Assembly: GCF_001194135.2 (NCBI RefSeq)
Contig: NC_068985.1
Coordinates: 93,123,872 to 93,187,871 of the forward strand
Length of the DNA: 64,000 nucleotides
Direction of reading: 5' to 3'
Source of the DNA: Octopus bimaculoides
Taxonomy: Eukaryota
Below the pieces are notes generated by a model. It was not told where the DNA came from, searched no databases, and worked only from the letters and a program-made list of their open reading frames with translations. The translations under genes were made by a program, and so were the position numbers. Position 1 is the first letter of the stretch; each line of letters begins with the position of its first letter. Below, piece by piece: positions 11,195-23,558 of this stretch.

Positions 11195-13277
11195 GAATTT
11201 GATAATCATCATAATGAATTTGATAATCATGAAAATAATTTGATTGTCAAAAGTGGGTAGAAAATGGAATTAAGAGAAACTCCACGGCAGAGTTGCTCAG
11301 TAAATGAGCAGGTTATTAGGTGCTGGTGCACTTAAAAATGAAGAGAAGCCAAGTTAAAGATTAAAAGGCATAAAGAAGAACTTTCTCGTTTGTGTTGATT
11401 GGCTGACAGCAGTTTTATCATGTGATAACAATAGCAAGGCAACTTGTCTATCATCCCAAGCCCTTGACTCTTTCACTTTACCCCATCCACACTTTAGTGA
11501 AGATTTGTGAATGCTGTCATTAAAAAGAGAGTTTTGTTAACATTGTGCTCTGCTGCTACCACTGTTGATTCATCAGTTGGCCATTGTTGGTGACCACTAG
11601 CACACATCCTTTTGTCTAAGCTGCCCATTCTCCCTACCTCTCAAATCTAAGTCTTGAAGACAACTTGGCAATTATTAAGGTTGTTCCTCTTTTCTAATTT
11701 GCACATGTTTAGTAGGACGGAGTTTGCCAGTTTATTATCTAGATATGGTCTGCTGGTTTACACAAGTTCTACTCTATATGTAGGTTATAATCAACATACG
11801 ATTGCTTGATGTCCCCTCTATCTACATATGATTTCCAAAGGTCTCTCTTATTTTTTTCCTCTCTCCTTTCTCTCTACATTTGAATTCCTGGGGGAAAAAA
11901 GAAAAAGAATCTTCTATCTTCATATGGTTTCAAAGTGATGCTGATATGAAATTTTTTCCAGTCTCGAATGAGTGTATGCATGTGTGTGTGTGTGTATATA
12001 TATATATATGTAAATGAAAGAACATGTATATGTTTTAGTTGAATGTACTGAACCAGCTCAGTAGATATTATACGGCATCTGCAGCTGCTGGAAAAGCACA
12101 ATTTAACCCAGCGGAGATTTAAAGAAGAGCAAACTTCCTCTACGAATTCAACCAATCACAATGGAGGAATGACCGGCCATAAACTTATTCCTCCCAAATT
12201 GTAAACTAATTCTGAGTAACCCAAAATCGATTCCTCAACACACAACAGTACCCCCCGCTACTCACCATCTCCACTCCAGAGTCCACTCTCAATACTCTGT
12301 AATGGAGTTACGTACCATACACAAAATGTTTTCATTATGATGAAACAGTTTGATGGGAAATACTTTGAGTTTGAACGTTTCATAAAGGGAAGACATAAAT
12401 CCCTTTTACTAATTTTATAACTTAGTTTATTATTGAGACCTTCTTGCTGAAGTCACTAAAGTATCAGGGAAAACAACCGGCATGATAGACAGCCACTAAA
12501 TATGGTTTGTAATGAAGAAAAGGGTAATTGGAGAACTGTCCAGATTAAAGAAGTCCAGTTTTCACCTTTTTTTTTATACTCATATTTACATACATTGAAT
12601 TTTAATTGTTTATTGAACTATTCATGGAAACACACACACATATGTGAATGTATGTAGGTGTGTTGTGTATATATACACATTTACATATGTAAGTGTATAT
12701 GTATATACATATGTGTGTTGATACACATGCATAACATGAATATTTTGTTTGTTTTAAAAGGAAAATGAAATTTTATTTTATATGTTATAATTGTTTCCAT
12801 TTGAAAAGAAAAGTTTTTTTCTTGTTAAATAAAAAGTATTTCCCCCCCTCCAGGAGGCCTTAAATAAATAGGTGTGTATAAGATTTTCTACATGAGCTGG
12901 TGTCAGTCTAACGAATAAAGGCACTGTGTCCATGTAAGTGACATTCTATCTACTCTGCTGCTCAGTTGGTGATGAAAACTGAAATCAGTATTGATACGTA
13001 GAGCATATGTGACCATGATGATGTGTAGAACAACAGAAAAAAAAAACTTTAAAAAAAAACAAAAAAACAAATAATTGTTCATAAAATAAACCAAAGCCTG
13101 TCATGGCCTGAGACCNNNNNNNNNNCCCCCCCCCCCACCAACTAAAGACATAGCAACTGATGACCTCTCTTTAGAATATGACTCCCCCCACCCAACTGTA
13201 GCAGGTGATGAATAACTGCTGTGACAAAGCAACTATCTACAAGTGAGCAAATACATCATATAAAGAAAAGTATTTAT

Positions 13278-13283
13278 ATTAAA
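13278..13283 (+). terminator. Candidate polyadenylation signal of the plus-strand gene
   Basis: ATTAAA followed by GT/T-rich TTGTAATTTTGTTGTTGTC; an alternative AATAAA lies at 12828-12833. Confidence 0.35.
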
Positions 13284-13566
13284 GTAATCTGCTTCCTGTT
13301 GTAATTTTGTTGTTGTCTTCAAATTTTATCAATGTATTTTGTTTATGAAATAATGTTTGTCTTTTAGCAACTACATCCAGAAAACAAGATCATGTCATGT
13401 CATATTTCTCTTGGAAGGAACCTTAAATGATTTCATATATATTTATATACAGCGGCAGATTGGGTGTAAAAATATTGGTTGCCTACCCGCAACTACAATG
13501 CTATCATTTAATATTTTTTTTTTTTTTTGTTAAAAGTATACTTTCAAAATCTCTACAAACACAGCC

Positions 13567-13948
13567 GTGGAGGGGCAATAGCCCAGTGGTTAGGGCAGCG
13601 GTCATAGGATCGCGGTTTCAATTCCCAGACCAGGCGTTGTGAGTGTTTATTGAGCGAAAACACCTAAAAGCTCCACGAGGCTCCAACAGGGGATGGTGGC
13701 GAACCCTGCTGTACTCTTCCACCACAACTTTCTCTCACTCTTTCTTCCTGTTTCTGTTGTGCCTGTAATTCAAAGGGTCAGCTTTGTCACACTCTGTGTC
13801 ACGCTGAATATCCCCGAGAACTACGTTAAGGGTACATGTGTCTGTGGAGTGCTCAGCCACTTGCACATTAATTTCATGAGTAGGCTGTTCCGTTGATCGG
13901 ATCAACTGGAACCCTCAACGTTGTAAGCGACGGAGTGCCAACAAATAT
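13567..13948 (+). mobile_element. Full-length tRNA-derived SINE family D
   Basis: A-box TAGCCCAGTGG and B-box-like GGTTTCAATTCC; second copy at 47541-47918; 8-bp TSD ACACAGCC (13559-13566, 13949-13956). Confidence 0.9.
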
Positions 13949-14819
13949 ACACAGCCAGGTGGAAATAATGCATTCTTCCAGGAGTGAATAAAAAATCCTC
14001 AGACTTGAAAGGATGAGCTCCCATATATGGATTCTAATGGCACAGGCGCCCACTTGCCATTGGTCAAGCTGGCAACCTGGCCAGTCTGCCACTGTATACA
14101 GACACACACACACATTCAAACTTAAAATAAGAAGAGTACTGTACTCGACTTTCTTATCAACTGTTAGTCTTTGTAAAGACGAGTGTTAGCTGCTAAAACA
14201 GAAAGCAGTTTGTGCCTCTTCTGACACCTGAATCATTTCTATAGTTTCTTCGATATTAGTAAATGTTATAAAATAATGGTAAAAAATTACCTTGTCTTTT
14301 ATGATATATGAAGTCTAGTGGAGTTTATAGCTTGGAGAATGCTATATATATATATATGTATGTGTATGTGTTCTCTTTTAGTAGGCATCAACAAAATAAA
14401 ATACTTTTTTGTTTAAATTATATTTTTAATTCTATCTTAAAATTTTCTAAAATATGGTAGGTATTATGGGAAACTCAAATTAATATATTGAATAGGAAAG
14501 TAACGCTTTCCAGCCCAAGGATAAAATGTAGCTTTATTTCCCATCCAAACACAAGTTTAGTAAATTAGAAAATTGCAAACAATATTTGATTCTATTTCAA
14601 TAAATTCATTTGAGATTTTTGTATCAACTCTAATACTGTGGAGTTAAAATACACTTTAAGTGAGAAGTATTGTCACAATAATTTGACAATAACTTGCATC
14701 ACCTGATTGAAGTAAATAAATAGGAATCAACCTTGGGAGAATAATGAACAAATTTGTTTATTATTCTCCTAAAGAGTTTATTTTCACAATGTTGTTTCTA
14801 CCAGATAGAACCTTGTCTT

Positions 14820-15190
14820 TTAATGTCCACTTTTCCAGGCTTGCACTGGAGCCGATGGAATGAGCTGAGGCAGATTTTCTACAGCCAGATGCCATTTCTG
14901 TTGCCACTCATCACCCATTTCCATGTTTGGTAATATTTCCCAACAGCTAGACAGGTTTTCATTGGAAGACCAGATACAAACATTGCTTGCACACCGACAG
15001 TCGTATACAACTATTGTGTGATGCCAAGAAGATAAACACACACACAAAAGGATTCCTTCGGCTTCTGTCTATCAGATCCTCTCACAAGGTTTTGGTCAGC
15101 CTAAAGTTAAACTAGAAAGCACTGTGCAGTGAGACTGAACCGAAAACCCTGTAGTTGGGAAACAAATTTCTTAACCACATAGACATGTGT
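14820..15190 (-). mobile_element. SINE family B (family A head, RTE-like tail), degenerate
   Basis: TTTAATGTCCACTTTTCC...GGCAGATTTTCTACAGCC tail plus degenerate head; homologous to 19400 and 21475. Confidence 0.75.
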
Positions 15191-15693
15191 ATGTATAAAT
15201 ATATACATAGACTCTCAAGGCGTCTGTAAGCTCCAAGTGCAATTTTAAATTCTTGTAGCTTTGTATCTATACATTTACAGAGAGAAGAGCACAACAAAGA
15301 CAACATTTAACAAATGTATTAGCTTAATGCTTAATAAGAAGGGTCTTGATATTTTGGGTGTTAGTCCTTCATCAGAAAAAAAATACACGAATGTGAAAGG
15401 GGTTAGGAACCATGTGGGAAAACCATTATGGGAGAGTTAGGAAATGAGGCTGGTTTGTGTATGCATATGTAGGAGGGTATCCATGTATAGAGATGGGCAT
15501 AAAGATGTACTACAGAGTATATGGAGGTAAGTATGGAAGTGTAGTAGCATGCGGTTGTGTAGATGTAATCGTGAGGAAGGCAAAGTGGAGGATGCAGCAG
15601 GTGTGAATATGAAGCAAAAAAAGGGAAGGTAAGTATTTGACAAAAAAGAAAAGAAAACGTTGATTAAAAAAGTAAATACTGGAAAAAAACAGA

Positions 15694-15699
15694 TTTATT
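15694..15699 (-). terminator. Candidate polyadenylation signal of the minus-strand gene
   Basis: AATAAA on the minus strand followed by U-rich sequence; 15640-16000 is strongly U-rich on the minus strand. Confidence 0.35.
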
Positions 15700-16206
15700 T
15701 TTTAGTGGAATAAAACTATTCCACACTTGTGGAAGTTATGTAACAGGTACAATGTCTGGTAAAAGTAATAAAAGAAAGGAAAAAAAAGAGATAAGAGAAG
15801 TTTGTTGAAGTGGACATAGACAGGAAAAAAAAAAACAAGCAATTTGTGGTTAAAGTGTAAAGAAAAACTATATATTGGAATTTTTTTTTTTGATGAAAAT
15901 TTGAAGGTAAAAAAACAAACAAAAATATGAAAAATAAAAGAAGCACAAGTGTCAGAGTTAGAAAAGATAACTGCAAATTGTTCATTGCGTGTGTTGTAGG
16001 GGGACAGTGAAAGTAGAGAGAAAAGTGTTATTTTGTAGATGGGATTTTTGGAAAACTAGCATGTGATACGGTACGAAAGAGTATTAAAATGGTGAAGTGG
16101 TAAGACCCTGTGGTATATTCCAGAGGGGAAATCAATCAGCACATGGTCCTGCAACCACCCCACCTCTTCTCTCTCAGTGTGTGTGTGGTGTTCTCTATAT
16201 GCAAAG

Positions 16207-16328
16207 TCACATGATCCAACTCAATGGACAGAACCATGTAAGCAAGGCGAGAAGACAAATGTGGGAAATTGGAGTCCCAGTATGATAGGACCATGTGACA
16301 TGCCTCAGATACCTACATACATGAATGT
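16207..16328 (-). CDS. Putative terminal coding exon with hydrophobic C-terminus
   Basis: Acceptor TCTTTCCTAG|AC; reads (D)IHVCRYLRHVTWSYHTGTPISHICLLALLTWFCPLSWIM*; U-rich UTR follows. Other acceptors and frames are possible. Confidence 0.4.
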
Positions 16329-16410
16329 CTAGGAAAGACTGCAATACAGTAACTAACCCCGACATACACCCTATGCTTCCTGAAATTCACCAACACTACA
16401 CCTGATATCT

Positions 16411-16783
16411 CTCTTTACTTGTTTCAGTCGTTTGACTGTGGCCATGCTGGAGCACCACCTTTAGTCGAGCAAATCGACTCCAGGACTTATTCTTTGGAAG
16501 CCTAGTACTTATTCTATCAGTCTCTTTTGCCAACTGCTAAGTTACTGGTACGTAAACACACCAGCATCGGTTGTCAGGCGATGTTGGGGGGGGGGGGCAA
16601 ACACAGACACATATGCATATATACGGCAGACTTCCCTCAGTTTCCGTCTACCAAATCCACTCACAAGACTTTGGTCGGCCCAAGGCTATAGTAGAAGACA
16701 CTTGCCGAAGGTGCCACGCAGTGGGACTGAACCCAGAACCATGTGGTTCGTAAGCAAGCTACTTACCACACAGCCACTCCTGC
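16411..16783 (-). mobile_element. Full-length SINE family A
   Basis: Complete head, core and AAACAAGTAAAGAG tail in reverse orientation. Confidence 0.92.
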
Positions 16784-17107
16784 ACCTATACTTAAAAAAA
16801 AATATAGACACAGACATGGCTAGGTGGTAAGATCCTTACTTCTCAACCACACGGCTCTGGGTTCACTTTCACTGCATGACATCTTGAGCAAGCAGTGACT
16901 TCTTGCAGGTAGATACGCATGCACGTATGTATATCATGACTCATACACAGTTCACTTTCCTGACTTTTGTACATAATTCTATTTGCTGTACATGCACCTT
17001 TGACGAGTTGTAGTGCACCTGAGCATTATACACACAATAATTTCAATCTTATTATTATTAATAAACAGTGGGAGAAAAATTACTTTGAATTTGCAGTTAA
17101 AAGTTAC

Positions 17108-17180
17108 TTGCGGCCAATACAGCACCAAGAAAACTTGTGATGAAGTAGTAAGATCAGATCCGAGAATATTAAGTCTGGAA
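17108..17180 (-). CDS. Putative 73-nt internal exon
   Basis: Acceptor CTTTAATTCCTAAAG| and donor CAA|GTAACT; two open frames (SRLNILGSDLTTSSQVFLVLYWPQ or PDLIFSDLILLLHHKFSWCCIGR). Confidence 0.35.
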
Positions 17181-17664
17181 CTTTAGGAATTAAAGGACTG
17201 ATATATACATATGAAGAAACTGTGTATTGTAAACCTGGTCAATTTCCTTCATTACATAGAGTCTATACTTCAGTTCTGTATAACTAATATCAGCAATTAG
17301 ATGTTATATATTGCAGAGCTGTCCGCAATATGTTGTCATGTAAAAATGATGAAGTGTAGGTCTGTCAAAAGCATGTCACTGAGTCATGATTATGTATTAC
17401 AGATCAGTTCATCCTGTGCTGCTTTAGCAATGGTGTTTACGATTCACTAATTAGGTTGTTAATCTCATCTTGTGATTGACACATTCTGGATATGTTAATT
17501 ACTATTTTATCGAAAGTGAGGTATGAGTGTTCAGTCACAAAGACAGAAGCGATTCCAACAAAGTTGAAGTAATAAGAAGAGGATAACATTCAGGCAAGTA
17601 ACACAATATTGAACTGGAAAGTCACAAGGCACAGACGCATGCATGGCACATGCACAAAATATAT

Positions 17665-18050
17665 GCAGGAGTGGCTGTGTGGTAAGTAGCTTGCTTACCA
17701 ACCACATGGTTCCGGGTTCAGTCCCACTGCGTGGCACCTTGGGCAAGTGTCTTCTACTTTAGCCTCAAGCTGACCAAATCCTTGTGAGTGGATTTGGTAG
17801 ATGGAAACTGAAAGAAGCCTGTCGTATATATGCATATATATATATATGTATGTGTGCATGTGTATATGTTTGTGTTGCTTGACAACCGATGCTGGTGTGT
17901 TTATGTCCCCGTAATCTAGTGGTTCGGCGAAAGAGACTGATAGAATAAGTACTAGGCTTCCAAGGAATAAGTCCTGGGGTTGATTTGCTCGACTAAAAGG
18001 AAGTGCTCCAGCATGGCTGCAGTCAAATGACTGAAACAAGTAAAAGAGAA
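17665..18050 (+). mobile_element. Full-length SINE family A
   Basis: GCAGGAGTGGCTGTGTGGTAAG...GGTTCAGTCCC...GTCAAATGACTGAAACAAGTAAAAGAG. Confidence 0.92.
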
Positions 18051-18060
18051 TACATAGATA

Positions 18061-18225
18061 AAAAGCACCCCGCACACTGTAAAGTGGATGGCATTTGAAA
18101 GGGCATCCAGTCATAGAAACCATGCCAAAATATATGATTGGAGCCTGATGCAACCCTCTGGCTTGCCAGCTCCTATCAAACGGTCTAACCCATGCCAGCA
18201 TGGAAAACAGAAGTTAAATGATGAT
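18061..18225 (+). mobile_element. SINE family E 3' part
   Basis: AAAAGCACC...AAGGGCATCCAG...CAGCATGGAAAACAGAAGTTAAATGATGAT. Confidence 0.75.
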
Positions 18226-18364
18226 ATATGATATGCCCATACACACACACACACACACTCCCATACTCTTTTGCAACCACTACCCTCCTGCATTTCTTAT
18301 TCTCCTATTGCCACTCACCTGGTGTCTTGAGGGTAAACCTTGACACCTCATTACAACTATTTTC

Positions 18365-18800
18365 TTTGTAAGCCTAGTACTTATTCTATCTGTCCCTTTT
18401 GCTGAACCGCTAAGTTACGGGGACGAAAACACACCAGCGTTGGTTGTCAAGCGATATTGAGGGGACAAACACAGACACACAAACATATACGCACATGTAC
18501 ATATATATAAGATGGGCTTCTTTCAGTTTCCATCTACCAAATCCACTCACAAGGCTTTGGTTGGCCCAAGGCTATAGTAGAAGACATTTGCCCAAGGTGC
18601 CACACAGTGGGACTGAACCTGGAACTGTATGGTTGGTAAGCAAGCTACTTACCACACAGCCACTCCGACACCTTCCAGTTTCCATTTACTAATTCCACTC
18701 CCATGGTCTATGCGATGTAGCAGAGGACATTTGTTCAAGGTGCCAGGCAGGGGGTTGAACCCAAACCACATGACTGAGAAGCAAACTTCTCACCCACACA
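18365..18800 (-). mobile_element. SINE family A plus an adjacent degenerate head
   Basis: Reverse-oriented family A body 18365-18665; second decayed head about 18680-18800. Confidence 0.85.
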
Positions 18801-19399
18801 GCCATTCCAGTGACTGATGATTAATGTGATCAATTAAATTAGCTCCCAGATATTGACTGGCGATTATTTTATTAATCTCAGAGAAATGAAAAAGCAGAAT
18901 AGATTCCAGCAGGGTTTGAACTCAAAACATAAAAAGATGTAATTAATTATCACCCAATTCTGCTGCATCCGGTAATATTTATCGTCCTTCACGAGTTTCA
19001 TGCAGAAATCAATACATTAGTCTTCTATTGTATAAATAATGGATTTCATTATTTATAATCTATTATTGTTGCATTATTTGATGAGAAACTAGATTGATAT
19101 TTCTTGATTTGTCAGAACTTATAACGAGTAAATAATTTGGTTGAGTCGTTAGGAAGAAGAAAAAGAAAAGATCATGGCTCTTCATCCCAAATGGCTTCTT
19201 CTGATTCATTAAATGTTTATCAAGAAATTAACATCGTTAATAAATTACCTTTATCTAGAAATATTCCTATCAATAAACGATCTTTGCTTACTCACAAGAG
19301 TTTTAACTTAGAGAAATGAAAGATATTTGCAATTATCGTTATCTTCCTTTTCCCCATCTGACATCTGTTTCCACCGAATAATTAGGAAAGGCAATGTTG

Positions 19400-19940
19400 A
19401 GGTGCAGGCATGGCAACGTCAGTGAGGAGCAGGGTTTGAGAAATTTGCTTCCCAACCACATGGTTCCAGGTTCAGCCCTATTGTATGGCACCTTGAGAAA
19501 GTGCCTTCTGCTATAGCCTCAGGCTGGCCAAAACTTTGTGAGTGGATTTGGTAGATGGAAACTGTTTACGACACTGCTTGTATGGCAGTGACACTTGTTT
19601 ACGACCATTACATAATGTCAAGACAAGGAGACAGACAGACAGACACACTAACATGCATGTGTCTTGATATCTCCGTCTTGACAGTATGAGAGATTGTCAC
19701 AGTCATACAGGCAGCATCATTCATTTCTGAGATTATAGAAAAGAAACAAAAAAATACATGTCTAGCCATGGGAAAATCTTATCTTCATTTTGAAAGAGGT
19801 GAGGGTTAGTGACAGGAAGGGCACCTGACCATCAATGACCTTCCTCAATAGACTCTGTTGAAGCTAGGATAGCATGGAAAAGTAGACATGACGAGGATGA
19901 GAATGATGACGACGATGATGATCATGATGAGGATGATGAA
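19400..19940 (+). mobile_element. SINE family B
   Basis: Family A head/core, then GACAGGAAGGGCACC...GCATGGAAAAGTAGAC and a (GAT)n tail. Confidence 0.8.
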
Positions 19941-20149
19941 GTTACTCTCATGTTTGTTTCATCATTTGATAGCAATATCAGATACTTCAGAGATTTATAA
20001 AGCATTTTTTTTATTTCATGCTGTTATTTCTGCCACCTATTAACCATAGATTATGTTCAAGGTCACCACATGAGAACTGAAATATGTTACACAAATAGGA
20101 AAATGAAATAGAATTATGCTTAGACTAAACAAAACCAAAAACCAAGAGA

Positions 20150-20350
20150 TTCTAACCTTTTGATACCAATCAATGCAGATTTCAACCCTTTGGTTCTATG
20201 ATACAAATTCCCTGTTTTAAAGCCATCCTTCCAACAAAATTTGTTCATTTATATTCCAAACACTATATTGATAATGAGAGTTATTTTAATAAATTCATTA
20301 TTATTTCGAAAATTAATTGAAACAAAGGCAGTGTATTTCAATTGAAAAAA
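20150..20350 (+). mobile_element. piggyBac-like MITE 2, degenerate
   Basis: TAACCTTTTGATACC...GATACAAATTC...AAAATTAATTGAAACAAAGGCAGTGTATTTCAA, similar to 23062-23558. Confidence 0.55.
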
Positions 20351-20461
20351 TGGAAAGAGAGGACTAAAGTAAACCTAACAGGAAAGAAGAGAGAACACTA
20401 CAGCTGTCTGCTACCAGGTGTCCACTGCCATGGAAGTGGTCAAATTCAATAAGCAGAAAAA

Positions 20462-20790
20462 GTATTCTTTTACTCTTTTACTTGTTTCTGTCATTTGACT
20501 ATGGTCATGCTGGATGCCCTTCTTAATGCCAACCACTCCTAGAGTATAATGGGTGCTTTTACATGCCACTGGCACGAGTGCCATTTCTGTGACACCACTA
20601 TCTACCATGACTGATTTTACTTGACTTGATGGGTCTTCTCAAGCATGGCATAATGCCAAAGGTCTCGGTCATTCATCATTGCCTCTGAGAGACCCAACAC
20701 TCAAAAGGAGCTCTACATGTGCCACTGGCATCGATCACTTTGCCTCCATGAGGCCCAATGCTCAAAAGGTGCTTTTTATGTGCAACACTG
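20462..20790 (-). mobile_element. SINE family A tail abutting a family E fragment
   Basis: TTTTACTCTTTTACTTGTTTC...ATGCTGG then GGATGCCCTTCTTAATGCCAACCACTCC...GGTGCTTTTTATGTG. Confidence 0.75.
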
Positions 20791-21050
20791 ACCTTGTTTA
20801 ACATTTAGGTTTAAATTAGGTCAATGTTCAAATATCAGAATTATTGAAAAAGAAACTGACCGTTTTAGTGGTGAGCATCAGAAAAATGGTAAAAATTGAA
20901 GTTGGAATAATTCAAGGCTGGGTTTAGATACGGCAAGACTCTAAATTACGAGATCCTGGATTTAATTCGAAAAATTAACAATTAGATCCTCTACAGAGAA
21001 CCAAGATTAATAACATGTAATCCTGGTAATGTAGGTTAGCCATAGAAAGG

Positions 21051-21278
21051 TTTATCTTTTAGCATTTAAACTGGTCATATACAGCCAAAATATCCCATCT
21101 GTTTTATGTTCAAACTCACCAGATCTGGCCTCTCACACTAACCTTACAATGTCATTCTAAAAATTAACAGTTGCTTCATCAAAACCTCAAAGCTACAAGA
21201 TTATGCATAATTAATTCAAAGCAATGTGAACAAATGAGCGTTACATCTGATAGAGTGATTAGAACGCTATAGGGTTAA
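21051..21278 (-). mobile_element. piggyBac-like MITE 1
   Basis: TTTAGCATTTAAAC...ACAATGTCATTCTAAAAAT...AACGCTATAGGGTTAA. Confidence 0.8.
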
Positions 21279-21474
21279 TAATATAGACTTAATTATCAAT
21301 GTATAGTTGATTATTAATTCATAGTTAATTATTCATTATGGAAAGCATTTATCAATGAGAGAATAATACTGAAAATTTGTTCTCAGTTGCTAAAATGACA
21401 ATGTCTTTTACTCCAAAGTAAAATCAACATAACTACCACTACCACGCCCAGTATCCTCCTCCTCCTCATCATCA

Positions 21475-21893
21475 TCATCACTGTTTTAACATCCACTTTT
21501 CTAGGCTTGTATGGGTCAGATGGGATTTGTTGAGGTAAATTTTTTTTTCTTTTATGGTCAAATGCCTTTCCTGTTGCCAATCTTCATCTATTTCCAAATA
21601 AGGGAATATTTTACCCATGGCCAGAATGTTTTTGCAGAAGATTAGCAACAAAGACCACGACTTGTATGACCTGACACTCATTCGTTTATCATGATCACAC
21701 CATGTCAAGACATGAAGACCGTAACACACACACACACACACACACATTCACATGATAGGGGTCTTTCAATTACAAGGCTTTGGTTGCCTCAGATATCATA
21801 AAGAAGACACCTACTCAAGATGCTGTGTTGTGGGGTTAAACCAGAAACCATTTGGTTGTGAAACAAACCCCCTAACCACACACCTATTCCTGT
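21475..21893 (-). mobile_element. SINE family B
   Basis: (CAT)n tail, TTAACATCCACTTTTC, CA microsatellite and degenerate head in reverse orientation. Confidence 0.8.
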
Positions 21894-22394
21894 CTTGTAA
21901 ATTCATATCAGTCAGAAAAATAATTACTTATAACAAAATTGTAAAAATAATTTGAGACAGAGAAACTTAAAGTATTTTGTTTTGCTAATACTTAAATCCG
22001 AGATCAGGAATCAAATTGGATTTTATGTGGGCGGAAATCTGGAAGAAGAATCTTCAGATACAAAAATTGCAGAAAAATTCAGATGAACTAAAATTTATGT
22101 CTGTCTATAAAATTCTCATCAATTTCTTATCTACTTTTTCATGCTACCATGGCTTAGACGGAGCTTATTCAAAGAGATTTTCTACAGCTGGATGCCCTTC
22201 ATGTTGCCAAGGTAACATCTCTTGTTGGCCAGACAAGTTTTTGCAGAATGTTTGGAATGAAGGAGATTCATTTACAATCATGTGATGTCAAGACAAGGGG
22301 ACAAACATATTTCCCATGTGAATCTATATACTACTAAAATTCTCAGAAGGTATTTTTCGATATTATTATCATTGTTATTATTATTATAAATAAT

Positions 22395-22545
22395 AACATT
22401 GAAAAATACCTTAGGAATGAGAACCCAGGTTTGAAATTTTCCCAAGACACCTGATGAAGGCTGGAGGGTATATCAGCCGAAATGTTGTCTTAACAACAAA
22501 CAAGATGAGGGAAAATATCTGTTAAATGTAAATAATGTAAATAAA
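22395..22545 (+). mobile_element. 5'-truncated copy of the hammerhead-bearing Penelope-like element
   Basis: AAAAATACCTTAGGAATGAGAACCCAGG...GACAC-CTGATGA-A-GGCTG..CAGCC-GAAAT-GTTGTCTT; GAAAC is mutated to GAAAT. Confidence 0.85.
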
Positions 22546-23061
22546 GCAAAACATATTGGAAACAAATTGTGTGGTTAAAAAAAAAGGAATAAAAAGACTA
22601 TAGTAGACAATAAACAAAAAAAATTCTGAAGGAATTTGAGTATCACTTTTGGAAGAAGACTGGATTAAGATTAAAGAATATTCCCTAAAAGTAAGAGAAG
22701 AATAAAATATCATCCAAGAAAATGAGTGAAAGAAATTGTAGAAGTCCCAACAGTTGATTGTTAAAGACATGTGGTAGGAGGTGAACCGTCTTTGAAAAAA
22801 TGTGTGAAAGGATATTGGAAGGAGGCACTTAGTTAGCTTTCCAAGATATATATGTGTCCTCCCAGACATTCAGGTTGAGCTCAGCCTCATCAAATTCCAC
22901 CAGTGTGGGTTGGAGTGTGATGGAGAGATATGGAAATGTGATGGACATTGCCCTGTCTCTCAACTCGATAGAAGGTAAATGATATTTGGACAACTGTTGG
23001 TGGTTAGATGAGTTCTAAATGCAAATGAGTTGAGGGGAATAAATAAAGGACTCTTTAAACC

Positions 23062-23558
23062 TTAACTCTTTCGATACCAACCCTGAATTCTACGATACAA
23101 ATTCAGTTTTCAAATGATCTTAATGGAGACCTTGCATCAAAATCTCTTGTTAATTGATATACCAAACACCAACTTAATTATTATTTACATTTGATGTATA
23201 TTTGTCCTCATCTTTTTTGTTGTCAAGTGTAAATGATGTACATAATTCCTCATCTCTTAAATACAGAACTATACCAACTTAATCCTTTAGCACTCAGATT
23301 TCTCCATCAAATGTAATCCTTATTTATTCACATTGTTTTGAATTAATCATGGATTATCTTATAGTCTCCAGGCATCAATGATGTGATTGTTTATTTTTAG
23401 AATGACATTGTAGGGTAGGTGTGAAAGGCTGGATTTAGCTGGTTTGAACGCTAAAGGGTTAATAACAATAGATTTACATCAATAAATTCTTCGTTATTTT
23501 CAAAATTAATTAAAACAAAAGCATAGTGATTTCAACAATATAGTAACAAAAGGGTTAA
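23062..23558 (+). mobile_element. piggyBac-like MITE 2 hosting nested insertions
   Basis: TTAACTCTTTCGATACC...GTAACAAAAGGGTTAA termini; contains Penelope-tail pieces (about 23170-23272) and MITE 1. Confidence 0.7.
23283..23458 (+). mobile_element. piggyBac-like MITE 1 with TTAA target duplication
   Basis: TTAA|TCCTTTAGC...GCTAAAGGG|TTAA. Confidence 0.85.

Noticed and set aside
15705-15724. 8-bp hairpin GTGGAATA/TATTCCAC
   Set aside because: Short enough to be expected by chance in 64 kb of AT-rich sequence.
19137-19319. 60-aa ORF (VESLGRRKRKDH...)
   Set aside because: TTG start, no compatible splice acceptor and no recognisable motif.
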